From contig JBHGAY010000008.1 in NCBI GenBank assembly GCA_041946735.1, positions 99,891-163,890 on the forward strand: a DNA stretch of 64,000 nucleotides, in the 5' to 3' direction. This DNA comes from Candidatus Eiseniibacteriota bacterium (lineage in GTDB: Bacteria > Eisenbacteria > RBG-16-71-46 > CAIMUX01 > VGJL01). This document shows, one piece after another, positions 39,406-50,200 of this stretch. A program made the translations under genes and the position numbers. Position 1 is the stretch's first letter. Each line of letters begins with the position of its first letter. Below the pieces are notes generated by a model. It had not been told where the DNA came from and ran no database searches. It was given only the letters and a program-made list of their open reading frames with translations.

Positions 39406-39888
39406 ATGCCCGAGCATCGCAAATACGATTTCAAGAATCTCCATTACGCCGGAGAGCATGGCGTGCTGATCCCCGCCCTGCAGAAGGCACAGGAGCAGGA
39501 CGGCTTCATCAGCCGGGAGCGGATCTTCGAGATCCGAAAGCGCTACGGGATACCGGTGAGTCACATCTACGGAGTCGCGACCTTCTACGCGCAGTTCCGG
39601 CTCCACCCGGTCGGCAGGAACATCATCCGGGTCTGCCACGGGACCGCGTGCCACGTCGCGGGAGCGAACGCGATCACGAAGGCCATGGAGGAGAACCTCG
39701 AGATCGTGACGGGCGAAACGACGAAGGACCGCCTCTTCACGCTCGAGACGGTTTCCTGCCTCGGTTGCTGCAGTCTCGCGCCGGTCATCATGATCAACAA
39801 CGCGACCTACGGGAACCTGGTGCCGGCCGATCTGAAACGGATCGTCGCCACCTACCGCAAGGCCGCCAGGGAGGTCGCCGCGTCATGA
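39406..39888 (+). CDS. NuoE/HydC-like [2Fe-2S] subunit
   Basis: 'GVATFY', 'CHGTACH', 'CLGCC'. Confidence 0.92.
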   Translation: MPEHRKYDFKNLHYAGEHGVLIPALQKAQEQDGFISRERIFEIRKRYGIPVSHIYGVATFYAQFRLHPVGRNIIRVCHGTACHVAGANAITKAMEENLEIVTGETTKDRLFTLETVSCLGCCSLAPVIMINNATYGNLVPADLKRIVATYRKAAREVAAS

Positions 39889-41717
39889 AGGTTTTCGTGG
39901 GACTCGGGACCTGCGGAATCGCGGCCGGCGCGGAGGAGACCTACGCGGCGCTCGCCGAGATCCTGTACGCCGGCCACGGCGCGGGGGGCAACGGCGGAGA
40001 CGGCGGCAATCGTTGCGACCACTCCGACGGCGCAGGCGCCAGAGACGGGGCGGCGCGGCTCGAGAAGACCGGCTGCATCGGAATGTGTTACCGCGAGCCC
40101 CTGGTCGAGATCCGCGACGAGGCGGGGGGGCGTTGGCAATACGGCGGAATCACGAAGGAGAAGGCCGCGCGCCTGGTCGAGGAGCACGTGCGAGCAGGCC
40201 GCCCGGTCGAGGAGTGGCTCGTCTGGAGCCACACGGGCGCGGGCAGCGAGCAGGCGTTCCTGTCGAGGCAGAACCGGATCGTCCTGCGCAATTGCGGGTT
40301 CATCAATCCCGAGGAGATCGACGACTACCTGAAGGTCGGCGGCTATCGAGCGCTCGAGTCGGTCCTGAAGGAGGCCGATCCGGAGAAGTTGATTCACCGC
40401 ATCGTCGAGTCGGGACTGCGGGGGCGCGGCGGCGCCGGCTTCCTGACCGGGATGAAATGGCGCTTCACGCGGCTCGCCCCCGGCACGGTGAAGTACGTCA
40501 TCTGCAATGCCGACGAGGGGGACCCCGGCGCCTTCATGGATCGATCGGTGCTCGAAGGAGACCCGCATGCAGTCATCGAAGGGATGGCGATCGCCGGCTT
40601 CGCGATCGGCGCCGAGCACGGCTACATTTACGTCCGCGCGGAGTATCCCAAAGCGATCGAGCGATTGAACATGGCGATCGCCGCCGCGGAGGCGCGCGGT
40701 CTGCTCGGAGACCGGATCTACGACACCGGCTTCTCCTTCCATGTGAAGCTCAAGGAGGGGGCCGGGGCGTTCGTCTGCGGCGAGGAGACGGCCCTCATCG
40801 GTTCGATCGAGGGGAAGCGCGGGATGCCTCGTATCCGCCCGCCGTTCCCCGCCTCCAAGGGGCTTTGGGAATCGCCCACCAACATCAACAACGTCGAGAC
40901 GTTCGCGAACATTCCGTGGATCGTCGCCAACGGTCCCGAAGCCTTCCATTCGCTCGGCACGCCGAACAGCAAAGGGACGAAGGTATTCGCGATGGCGGGC
41001 AAGATCCGTCGCGGCGGGCTCGTCGAGGTCCCGATGGGGATCTCGATCGCGGAGATCGTCCACGGGATCTGTGGTGGGATCAAAGAGGACCGGAAATTCA
41101 AGGCGGTCCAGATGGGGGGACCGTCCGGCGGGTGCATTCCGGCCGAGCTGCAGGACACGGTCATCGACTACGAGTCGATCAACAAGACCGGGGCGATCAT
41201 GGGCTCGGGGGGACTCGTGGTGATGGACGAGACGACCTGCATGGTCGACATCGCCCGCTTCTTCCTCGATTTCACCCAGCGCGAGAGCTGCGGGAAATGC
41301 ACCTTCTGCCGGGTCGGCACCAAGCGGATGCTCGAGATCCTGCAGAGGATCACGGAGGGGAAGGGGAAGGAGGGGGACATCGAGACCCTCGAGTCTCTGG
41401 CCCATCTGGTCAAGAGCAACTCGCTCTGCGGGCTCGGCCAGACCGCGCCGAACCCGGTCCTGACGACGCTCAAGTACTTCCGCTCCGAGTACGAGGCGCA
41501 CATCGCCAACAAGAAATGTCCAGCCCATTCCTGTCAGGCGCTGCTGACCTATTCGATCACCGAGGCGTGCAACGGCTGTGGAGCATGCGGCCGCGTCTGC
41601 CCACAGGGCGCGATTTCCGGAGAAAAGAAGCAGCGTCACGCGATCGACACGTCGAAGTGCATTCAGTGCGACGAATGCTACAAGACGTGCCGCTTCCACG
41701 CGGTCGTCCGGAACTGA
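39885..41717 (+). CDS. NuoF/HydB-like FMN/NADH-binding subunit
   Basis: N-terminal thioredoxin-like FeS domain, 'GRGGAGF', 'NADEGDPG', 'CGEET', 'SCGKC..C', C-terminal 2x[4Fe-4S]. Confidence 0.95.
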   Translation: MKVFVGLGTCGIAAGAEETYAALAEILYAGHGAGGNGGDGGNRCDHSDGAGARDGAARLEKTGCIGMCYREPLVEIRDEAGGRWQYGGITKEKAARLVEEHVRAGRPVEEWLVWSHTGAGSEQAFLSRQNRIVLRNCGFINPEEIDDYLKVGGYRALESVLKEADPEKLIHRIVESGLRGRGGAGFLTGMKWRFTRLAPGTVKYVICNADEGDPGAFMDRSVLEGDPHAVIEGMAIAGFAIGAEHGYIYVRAEYPKAIERLNMAIAAAEARGLLGDRIYDTGFSFHVKLKEGAGAFVCGEETALIGSIEGKRGMPRIRPPFPASKGLWESPTNINNVETFANIPWIVANGPEAFHSLGTPNSKGTKVFAMAGKIRRGGLVEVPMGISIAEIVHGICGGIKEDRKFKAVQMGGPSGGCIPAELQDTVIDYESINKTGAIMGSGGLVVMDETTCMVDIARFFLDFTQRESCGKCTFCRVGTKRMLEILQRITEGKGKEGDIETLESLAHLVKSNSLCGLGQTAPNPVLTTLKYFRSEYEAHIANKKCPAHSCQALLTYSITEACNGCGACGRVCPQGAISGEKKQRHAIDTSKCIQCDECYKTCRFHAVVRN

Positions 41718-41737
41718 GGGAGGAAACGGGAGAAGCC

Positions 41738-44700
41738 ATGGCGCTCATCAAGCTCGAGATCGACGGAAAGAGGATCATTGCGGACAACCGGCAGACGATC
41801 CTCCAGGTCGCGCGGGAGAACGGGATTCACCACATCCCCACCCTCTGCGACGACCGGCAGCTCGAACCGTTCGCCTCCTGCTTCCTCTGCGTTGTCAAGG
41901 TGAAGGGAGCTCGGACGCTTCTGCCCGCCTGCTCCACGAAGGTCGCCGGCGGCATGATCGTCGAGACCGACAACGCCGAGATCCGCCGGTCCCGAAAGGC
42001 GGCGCTCGAGCTGATGCTTTCCAATCACTACGCGGACTGCATCGGTCCCTGCCAGCTCCAGTGCCCCGCGGGCATCGACATTCAGGGGTACATCGCTCTC
42101 GCCGCCCTCGGCAAATATCGTGACGCGATCCAGCTGATCAAGGAGCGCAACCCGCTGCCCGCCGTCTGCGGGCGTGTCTGCACGCGCCCGTGCGAGGTGC
42201 GCGGCTGCCGCCGCAACATGCTCGACGAAGCGGTCGGGATCGACTACATCAAACGCTACATCGCCGACCTCGACCTCGAGAGTCGCGAGCCGTTCCGGCC
42301 GGTGATCGCCGGCCGGCACGGCCGGCGTGTCGCCGTGGTGGGCGGGGGGCCCGCTGGGCTCTCGGCCGCCTACTACCTTGCGATCCGCGGGTACGACGTG
42401 CAGATCCTCGAAGGGCTTCCGGAGGCGGGCGGGATGCTGCGCTACGGCATTCCGGAGTATCGATTGCCGAAGGAGGTGCTCGATCTCGAGATCAACCAGA
42501 TTCTCGACCTCGGCGTACGTCTGCGGACGAACGTCGCCCTCGGGCGCGACTTCACGATCGCCTCGTTGAAGCAGGAGGGGTACGAGGCGATCTTCCTCGC
42601 GATCGGCGCGTGGGACAGCTCCCAGATGCGCGTGCAGGAGGAAGACGCTCCGGGAGTGCTCTCCGGAATCGAGTTCCTGAAGAACTTCGGCCTCCGCAAG
42701 CCGGTCCCGCTCCATGGACGCGTGCTCGTCGTCGGCGGCGGCAACACGGCGATCGATTGCGCCCGGACCGCGCTGCGCGTGGGCGCCGGCGAAGTCCGAC
42801 TGCTATACCGGCGCACGCGCGCCGAGATGCCGGCGAACGGCATGGAGATCGACGAGGCGGCGCACGAGGGGATCGAGATGGACTTTCTCGTGGCGCCGGT
42901 GCGGGTCGTCTCGCGAGAAGGTCGCGTGGCGGGACTCGAGTGCCTCCGGATGGAACTGGGAGAGCCCGATGCGAGCGGCCGGCGCAGTCCGAAGCCGATC
43001 CGTGGGTCGGAGTTCACCATCGACTGCGACTGGGTGATCGCGGCGATCGGCCAGAGCACGAAGGTGAAAGAGCTGATCGATGGACACGTGCCGAACTTTC
43101 TGCCGATGGGCGAGGTGCTGAACCTGACCCGGTGGCAGACGATCCAGGTGCAGGAAGGCACCTTCGAGACGAGCGTCGAAGGGGTCTTCTCGGGCGGGGA
43201 TGTCGTCACGGGGGCGGCGACGGCGATCGAGGCGATCGCTGCGGGCCGGAAGGCGGCCTACGCGATCGACTCCTACATCCAGACGGGGAAGGCGAAGCCC
43301 GAGCCGGTCCCGTTCCATAGCCGGCGCGACGTGTACAGGCAGGTGACGGTGGACGATCTGCGAGAAGGCTCGCGCGAGCACCGGCGCCCGATGCCCGCTC
43401 TGCCGGTCGAGGAGAGGACCCGCGGATTCGTGGAGGTCGAGACCGGCTACACGACCGACGACTTGCGGCAGGAGAGCTACCGCTGCCTCGAGTGCGGGTG
43501 CCTCTCGCTCTTCGACTGCTCGCTTCGGAAGTACGCGACTGAATACGGCGTCGAGATCCAGAACTATCTCGGAGAGGCCAAGGAGTATCGCGTCGATCGG
43601 AGCCACCCGCTGATCGAGCTCGATCCGAACAAGTGCATCCTCTGCGGGCGCTGCGTCCGGATTTGCAGCGAGGTGGTCGGCGTGTCCGCGTTCGGGTTCA
43701 TCCATCGTGGATTCTCGACGGTCGTGAGACCGGAGTTGGGGGGGCGGCTGCTCGACACGGAATGCGTCACCTGCGGCCTCTGCATCGGCACCTGCCCGAC
43801 CGGCGCCATCGTGGAGAAGATCCCGCTGGCCAAGCCGGGGCCCTGGGAGACGCGGAGCGTGCCATCGATCTGCCACTACTGCGGGACCGGATGCCGGATC
43901 CAGTACGACGTCTTCGGCGACTCGCTCATCAAGGTGTCGCGCCAGGAGGACCACCCGGTCACGCACGGCAATCATTGCCGGAAGGGTCGGTTCGGATACG
44001 GGCACGTGCAGGCGGCCGACCGTCTGGTGAAGGCGAGGATCCGTACCGGCCGGGAATTGGAGGAGGTTTCGGTCGAGGACGGGATCGCCTATGCGGGGCT
44101 CCGGCTGAAGGAGTTCGTCCGGCGCTTCTCGGGCAGCGAGATCGCCGTCTTCCTCTCGCCGAGGCTGACGAACGAGGAGGCGTACCTGGCGCAGAAGTTC
44201 GCGCGCGTGGCGCTGCGCACCCACCACGTCGCCTCCCTCGCGAACCTGGTGAACCCGGAGCTGTTCGCTCCGGACGTCGTCTCCACGGCCGGCTATCCCG
44301 AGGTCGTCGACGCCCAGGCGATCCTCGTCGTCGCCTCCGCGCTCGACTCGGAGCACTTCGTCGTCGATCTGTTCACCAAGAAGGCGATCCGCAAAGGCGC
44401 CCGGATGATCTACGTGGGCCCCGAGGAGAATCGAGCCTCCGCCTATGCCGAGGTGTTCCTGCAGTGCCGGCCGGGGACAGAGGCTCGTCTGATGCTCGCT
44501 CTCGAGAAGGAGTTCCTTGCGATCACCGGCCAGGAGATCGAGGACGACGCGTCCCTACGCGACGCGGTGGCCGCGACCAGCGCGGAAGACACGGAGGCGA
44601 TGACCGGAGTGCCGGCGGCGCGTGTGCGCGAAGCGGCGGAGATCCTCGCGAAGAGCATTCTGAAGGTCTGCATCTTCAACAAGGACTTCCGCGGCCCCCG

Positions 44701-45583
44701 CACGCCGGGAGACGCGCGCGTCATCCGGGACGTCGCACGTTCCCTCGGTTGCGGGCTGCTTGCCATGCACGAAAAGTCGAACATGCAAGGGATCCTGGAC
44801 ATGGGGGCTCATCCCGGCTGGCTTCCCGGTTACGTCCCGGTCGGCGACGCGGCCGGCGTCGAGGCTCTCGAGAAGGAATGGTGCGTGCGCCTGCAGGATC
44901 TCGATCCCAACGGAGCCGACATCGCTGCCCTTCTGCGTGAGAAGAAGATCCGTCTCGCGATCCTTCTGGGCGAGGATCCCTTCGGGGACGAGTCGTTCCC
45001 GCCCGATCTGCGCAATGGCCTCATGGCCGCTGACTTTCTCATCGTCGCGGACGTCTTCGAAACGATGACGGCGCGGCTCGCGAACATCGTGCTGCCGCTC
45101 TCCACCACGGCGGAGACCTCCGGGAGTTTCACAAACCAGGAACGTCGCGTGCAGCGGGTCAACCGGGCGGTGCCGCCCCGGTCAGGCATCGAGACGTGGC
45201 AGATGATTTGTCGCATCGCCGCCGAGATGGGGTACAGATTCAAGATGAAGTACGCCAACGTCTCCGAAGTCACCGAGGAGATCCGGCGCACCGTCGCGAT
45301 CTACCGCGACGTGGCGATCGCCGGGGACCCGGGGGATCGCAGCTCGAGCAGAACCGGCGGGACGGCCGACGGCGACTCGATCTGGGACCTCGACGCCTTC
45401 CGGCTGCGCGGTCCCGATGCCGCCTACGATCAGCTGCATGAGATCGTGGAGCCGAACGAGACGCTCTTCCTCGACCACGTCGAGATGCGCTTCGCCCGTT
45501 GGTTCGACGCGATCTTCGAGGACGCTCGTAAGCGGGACGAGGCGCAGGAGGTTCTCCAAGCGGCCCAGGGGATCCAGGTCTAG
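41738..45583 (+). CDS. Large fusion subunit: [2Fe-2S] + GltD-like FAD/NAD(P) module + [4Fe-4S] clusters + NuoG/molybdopterin-oxidoreductase-like domain (1281 aa)
   Basis: 'CGRVC..PCE', 'GGGPAG', 'YGIPEYRLP', 'GGGNTAID', CILCGRC, CVTCGLC, 'CHYCGTGC..CRKG', 'GSFTNQERRVQ'. Confidence 0.9.
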   Translation: MALIKLEIDGKRIIADNRQTILQVARENGIHHIPTLCDDRQLEPFASCFLCVVKVKGARTLLPACSTKVAGGMIVETDNAEIRRSRKAALELMLSNHYADCIGPCQLQCPAGIDIQGYIALAALGKYRDAIQLIKERNPLPAVCGRVCTRPCEVRGCRRNMLDEAVGIDYIKRYIADLDLESREPFRPVIAGRHGRRVAVVGGGPAGLSAAYYLAIRGYDVQILEGLPEAGGMLRYGIPEYRLPKEVLDLEINQILDLGVRLRTNVALGRDFTIASLKQEGYEAIFLAIGAWDSSQMRVQEEDAPGVLSGIEFLKNFGLRKPVPLHGRVLVVGGGNTAIDCARTALRVGAGEVRLLYRRTRAEMPANGMEIDEAAHEGIEMDFLVAPVRVVSREGRVAGLECLRMELGEPDASGRRSPKPIRGSEFTIDCDWVIAAIGQSTKVKELIDGHVPNFLPMGEVLNLTRWQTIQVQEGTFETSVEGVFSGGDVVTGAATAIEAIAAGRKAAYAIDSYIQTGKAKPEPVPFHSRRDVYRQVTVDDLREGSREHRRPMPALPVEERTRGFVEVETGYTTDDLRQESYRCLECGCLSLFDCSLRKYATEYGVEIQNYLGEAKEYRVDRSHPLIELDPNKCILCGRCVRICSEVVGVSAFGFIHRGFSTVVRPELGGRLLDTECVTCGLCIGTCPTGAIVEKIPLAKPGPWETRSVPSICHYCGTGCRIQYDVFGDSLIKVSRQEDHPVTHGNHCRKGRFGYGHVQAADRLVKARIRTGRELEEVSVEDGIAYAGLRLKEFVRRFSGSEIAVFLSPRLTNEEAYLAQKFARVALRTHHVASLANLVNPELFAPDVVSTAGYPEVVDAQAILVVASALDSEHFVVDLFTKKAIRKGARMIYVGPEENRASAYAEVFLQCRPGTEARLMLALEKEFLAITGQEIEDDASLRDAVAATSAEDTEAMTGVPAARVREAAEILAKSILKVCIFNKDFRGPRTPGDARVIRDVARSLGCGLLAMHEKSNMQGILDMGAHPGWLPGYVPVGDAAGVEALEKEWCVRLQDLDPNGADIAALLREKKIRLAILLGEDPFGDESFPPDLRNGLMAADFLIVADVFETMTARLANIVLPLSTTAETSGSFTNQERRVQRVNRAVPPRSGIETWQMICRIAAEMGYRFKMKYANVSEVTEEIRRTVAIYRDVAIAGDPGDRSSSRTGGTADGDSIWDLDAFRLRGPDAAYDQLHEIVEPNETLFLDHVEMRFARWFDAIFEDARKRDEAQEVLQAAQGIQV

Positions 45584-46025
45584 AAATCCGATCCACCCGT
45601 CCGGCGGGGCGGCGCTACTGCGCGTACAGCGATCGAGGCGCTAGTCGGCCCCGCCCGGGTGGCGGCCACCTCTTCCACGCTCGGGCGTGAGAGATGCCGG
45701 TGCGCGGAGACGCCGGCCGGCTGCGGCGGAACCTCTAATCCCATTGCCTGTCTCTGCAAAAGGTCGTGTCGCCTCACTCGAGTCCCCGTCGATCCACCAA
45801 TCCCCATGCGCCTCTCGAGGGTTCCAGCAGATCACGCAACCGCCTGCGAGCCGGCGAACGGACGCTGCTCGGCCCTTCCGCACGCGAGGATCCGAAGGAA
45901 CAAAAGGATCATGAAGTCGAATTCATTGGTGCTCGCTTGCTTGCTCGTTGAAATCGGCGCTAAATCGATTTCGTGAATCCATTCACCTCGACTCGATGGG
46001 GCGACATGACAGGAAGAGGCGGTCG

Positions 46026-46448
46026 ATGAGAACCATGGCACGGATCAAGAAGCGCTCTGCTCGCGCTGTCCGCGATCTGCGCGTGCACGTCTGCAGTACC
46101 GAGGAGTTCGCGAAGATCACGGTGATTTCGGGCGTCAACGGGCTCGAAGAGGTGTGTTCGGAGGTCCTCGACGAGGCTCGGGAGGATGTGGGCCGGGCGG
46201 ACGGAATCCTGTTCACCACCTACCGCAACTACGATGGCGCCCACCTGTGGACCTGCCGCTTGTACAATCTCGATCCGCTGGTCGCCTCGATTCTCGAGCG
46301 CATGCGCGAGAAGGACTGGCCGGTTCACGATCTCGTGACATCGCAAGCGCCGGCTCTCGCTCCCGCTGCTACGAAAGCGGCCGCCCGAGCGATCCTCCCG
46401 CCAGTCTCGAGCCCGCTCCGGGGGCGTTCCCGCCCAGCTGTCGCCTAG
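46026..46448 (+). CDS. Hypothetical protein
   Basis: GGAAGAGG RBS, GC3-rich codons; no motif. Confidence 0.5.
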   Translation: MRTMARIKKRSARAVRDLRVHVCSTEEFAKITVISGVNGLEEVCSEVLDEAREDVGRADGILFTTYRNYDGAHLWTCRLYNLDPLVASILERMREKDWPVHDLVTSQAPALAPAATKAAARAILPPVSSPLRGRSRPAVA

Positions 46449-46473
46449 CGCAGGAGCGGGCGGTTCTCGAAGG

Positions 46474-47148
46474 TCAGGACAACGCCTCCTCCGTCCGGGC
46501 TGATCGTCCCGCCCCCATCTTCGATCGCACGAGCGCGCCAGAGCCGAGGATTGCCACGGAAGCGGCGATCGGTTCGCCGCGCCGCAGCGCCCAGATCGCG
46601 AGCACTGCTCCCGCTGCTCCGGCGACGGCGCCCATCGTCGGGCTCCAGTTCCCCTGTCTGAGCTCAGAGCGGGCCCTGCGAGGGCGGGCGTCACCCTGGA
46701 GGGCCGGCACTCCTTCCGCGCCCCGGTGCGGCTCGAGGAGATTCACCACGCGTCGCACGCCGGGCACCTTCTGAGCTTCTTGAACGAGGCGCCGCACCTC
46801 CTTCGTGAGGATCGGTCCGCGGAGGACCGCCTCTCCTTCGCGCACGTTCACTTCGATCGCTCGCGGATGCGAGAGGAAGCGTCCGATCCGCGATCGCAGG
46901 CGCTCGGCAATCACCTCGTCCGGAGCCTCATCCCTCTCGATGCGTGACCGCGACCGAGCCAGGATTCCCTTCCCGCGGTTCCGGGCATCGCGAGTCGCCT
47001 TTCCAAGGAACTCTTCCGTATCGTGAGCGAGGCTCGTGGCCCGATCCCGAAGGAGCGAACGACGATGCGCGCCGCTGTTCGGATCCAGGAGGTACATCAG
47101 TCCCGTCCCGACTGCAACGGCGCCCAGGATTCCCATCGCTCTGTTCAT
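46474..47148 (-). CDS. BON domain protein
   Basis: GGAGG RBS; 'GLMYLLDP..G..RR', 'I.V.VREGEAVLRG...VPGVRRVVNLL'. Confidence 0.85.
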   Translation of the reverse strand: MNRAMGILGAVAVGTGLMYLLDPNSGAHRRSLLRDRATSLAHDTEEFLGKATRDARNRGKGILARSRSRIERDEAPDEVIAERLRSRIGRFLSHPRAIEVNVREGEAVLRGPILTKEVRRLVQEAQKVPGVRRVVNLLEPHRGAEGVPALQGDARPRRARSELRQGNWSPTMGAVAGAAGAVLAIWALRRGEPIAASVAILGSGALVRSKMGAGRSARTEEALS

Positions 47149-47238
47149 CTCCACTCCTCCTCGCGCGGCCGGAATGTGATGTCTCTTCGCCAACGTTCTT
47201 TTCGCAGACGTGACACGGCTCAACCAGGTCCCCACATC

Positions 47239-50200
47239 TCACCATCCTGGCGAGAGCAGGAATCCGAACTCCCAGTTCTTTTCCGGACGCTGAAACGGAT
47301 GCGCGGCGTAGAGCTCCACGACGAGGGCTCCCAGGACGTTCAACCGAGCCGAGCCGCCAGCACTGAACACCGGAACCCGCTCGTTGGTCGTCCGGTCGAA
47401 CCGCAGCTTCGGCGTTTCGCTCGAGGACCAGGCCACTCCTCCGTCGGCGAAGGCCACGATCTCGGTGGGAAGGTAGGGGAACGTCAGTAGTCCCAGCTGC
47501 TCGTCGCCGAGAAGGGGAACGCGCAGCTCGAGGTTCCCGACCGCGATGCGGCTGCCGATCAGCCTGTCGAACGGGCCGCACGTTCCACCGGTCGGATCGC
47601 CACACTCGCTGGCGTCGAACGATCCGGAAGAGTAGCCGCGAACCAGGGTTTCGGTCCCCAGAAAGAGCGGGCTCAGATCGTCGCTCTCCGCGTTCCCGCC
47701 GTACCTTCCGAAATGCAGCCCGCGCACGGCAAAGGTGATCGGCCGCAGGAAGAAATAGTGCCGGTAGTCGGCGAGGACAGATTCGTATTGCAGGCTTCCG
47801 AAGGTCGGTGCCACTTCCAGTCTCCAGCGGGTCCCAGCGACCGGGGAGGTGAAGCCGAAGAACGAGCGGTCCTCGACGAGCGCCGCGTACCCCTGGAACA
47901 AGTTCATCGCGTCCCGGGAGGGCAGGTCCTGCGTCCGGTCGCGAACCTGGAAGCCGCTCACCGTCTCCACGACGTGGAGCTGATTCGAGAACGTGATGCG
48001 GGAGTAGCCGGTGCCGATCTCGAAGCGTTGTGTCTGGGAGAACGGGTAGCTGGCGTTCAGCTGCAGCATCTCCTCGTATTGCCGCTGATTCTGCTCCTCG
48101 AACACGACTCCCTGCTGCGGCTGGCCGTTGACGCGGACGGTGTCCTGGTAGGCGGCCGTCGTGGTCACACGGTAGGGAATGTGTCCCGCGGCCGCGCCCC
48201 AAGTCCAACGGCTCCTGTTGTTCTGATAGATCACTTGGCCGCCGATGTCCCGCACTCCTCCATTCGCCTGGACGTAGAGACTCAACTCTCGATTGGCCAG
48301 CATGTCGCTGAAGTAGAGCCCGATCGCTCCGGCGACGCTGGCGCCGTAGCGGTCGACGGCAATTCCGGCCGACGGAACGCCGATCGCATCGAGCTTGAGA
48401 GCGGGAGAGTAGTCCCGGGAGGCGAAGTTTCCCGACGGCAGGCCGCGCGGATCGGCGAGGTAGCGTTCGACGAGCGCCCGGGCGCGCAGGTCGGCGGGAG
48501 GCAGGATACCGGCGGACGCATTCGTTTCGACCAGGGCACCCCCCTGCGCCTCGCTCGCGTCGAGACCCTGCACGCGGTAGCCTCCGCGCTCGAAGACCGA
48601 GAACACGATCTCGCCCGTGCCCGGCGAGACCGAGATCGCTGGAGAGAGTGAGGTGATCCCGCTCACTCCCGTCTTCACGGCCGTCACCTGGCGCACGGCG
48701 CCGCCGCCCAGATCGACCCTGTAGATGTCGGCGATCCCGCTCCTGTCCGCAATGAAGAACAGGCTCCGCCCGTCCGAGGCGTACTGCGGATTGATCTGGT
48801 TCGAGCCCGGGAGCGGGTCGAGCATGCGAATCGCGCGGCTCCGCACATCCATCAATCCGATCCGCATGTTGCCGAACTCGAGCGTCTCGAAGTTCGTCCC
48901 GTCCCCGCGATCGGTCGTGAAAGCGATCGTCGCGCCGTCCGGCGACCAGGTCGGCTCGACGTCCGCGTACCGGTCGTCGGTCAGCCGGGTGGTCGAACCG
49001 CTCGCCAGGTCGACCAGGAACAGATCGCTGATCCCCCCGGCAATCCCCGAGACGACGATCGACTTTCCATCCGGCGACCAGGAGGGGTTCGAGAGCCCGC
49101 CCGCATCCTTTACGCGAATCTGGCGCTCGATCTTCTCGGAGCCGACGTCCAGGATGGCGAGGCGGTTCTCCCCCGTTTCGAAAACGACGAACGCGAGCCT
49201 GCGCCCGTCGGGAGACCATGCGCCCGCGGAGTCGATGAAGCGCAAAGCCGTAAAGTGGGGGTCGGCGCTCGTCCTCGTCAACCGCTTCACCACCTTGCCC
49301 GTCCTCGCATCGGCAAGATACAGGTCGATCGAGAAGAATCCGCGCTCCGACAGAAAGGCGATGCGTTTCCCGTCCGGGCTGATCGCCGGCCCGACGACCA
49401 TCTCGCCCGCGCCCGAATCCTTCGAAAGGATCGAGCGGCCGGCGTCCTTCGGAGCGGTGCGTCCTTCTGCGGGCGGAAGCAGGTATTCGCGGCTGGCCCC
49501 CGCCCAGAGGGCGGAGAGGGAGTCGCTCGACATTCCGAGGACCGATCGGAACGCCTCGTCCGGTCCCAGCTCCCCCGTCGCCCGGTAGAGGCGCGGCACG
49601 ATGTCGTCGCCCCACACTCCCGCGACGTACGCCCAGAACGCCTGACCAAAGCGGTAGGGAAAGTAGCGCGGATCGGTCCCGAGATCGGAGATCTTCGGGA
49701 AGTCGTTCTGCAGCAAGGCGTCCCGCATCCACATGGCGGTCAGGGGATCGTTCCTGCCGACCGAAAGGTATTCCGCCATTCCCTCGACCATCCAGAGCGG
49801 GAGCCGTCCGATCGAAAAGCCCAGAGTGTCCCCTGGATTCTGCGCAACGTCGAACTGAAAGGCGTGGACGAGTTCGTGGCCGAGGACGTGGTCGTTGTTC
49901 CGATACACCCCGGTGAGGGGCAGAACGACCCGGTCTTTCAACGGTTCCGTCACCCCTCCGGTGCCTTCGGAAATCAGTCCCTGAATGACGTTCGTCTGCT
50001 GGAAATGCGCGTGGTTCGCATAGAGGATGATCGGATTGCGCTTCAGCAGATCATGACGCAGGACCCCGGAGAGCCTCACGTACCAGCGCTCCGCCATCCG
50101 CGCCATGTCCTCCGCCGCCATACGCTCATTCGGATAGTAATACACCTCGAAATGTTCGGTCTTGAGCACCTGGAAGTCGAACTCGTGATAGCGGACCTTG

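Noticed and set aside
40013..41737. N-terminal ~575 aa of the 1856-aa ORF in the track
   Set aside because: Arg/Gly-rich off-frame overlap of the NuoF-like gene; the real start is ATG 41738
41738..45583. Formate dehydrogenase, glutamate synthase or complex I call
   Set aside because: No Mo-ligand Cys/Sec-His motif, no gltB, and no membrane nuo genes nearby
45590..45665. Long imperfect hairpin after the redox operon as an ncRNA
   Set aside because: More simply a terminator-like structure; no recognisable RNA family motif
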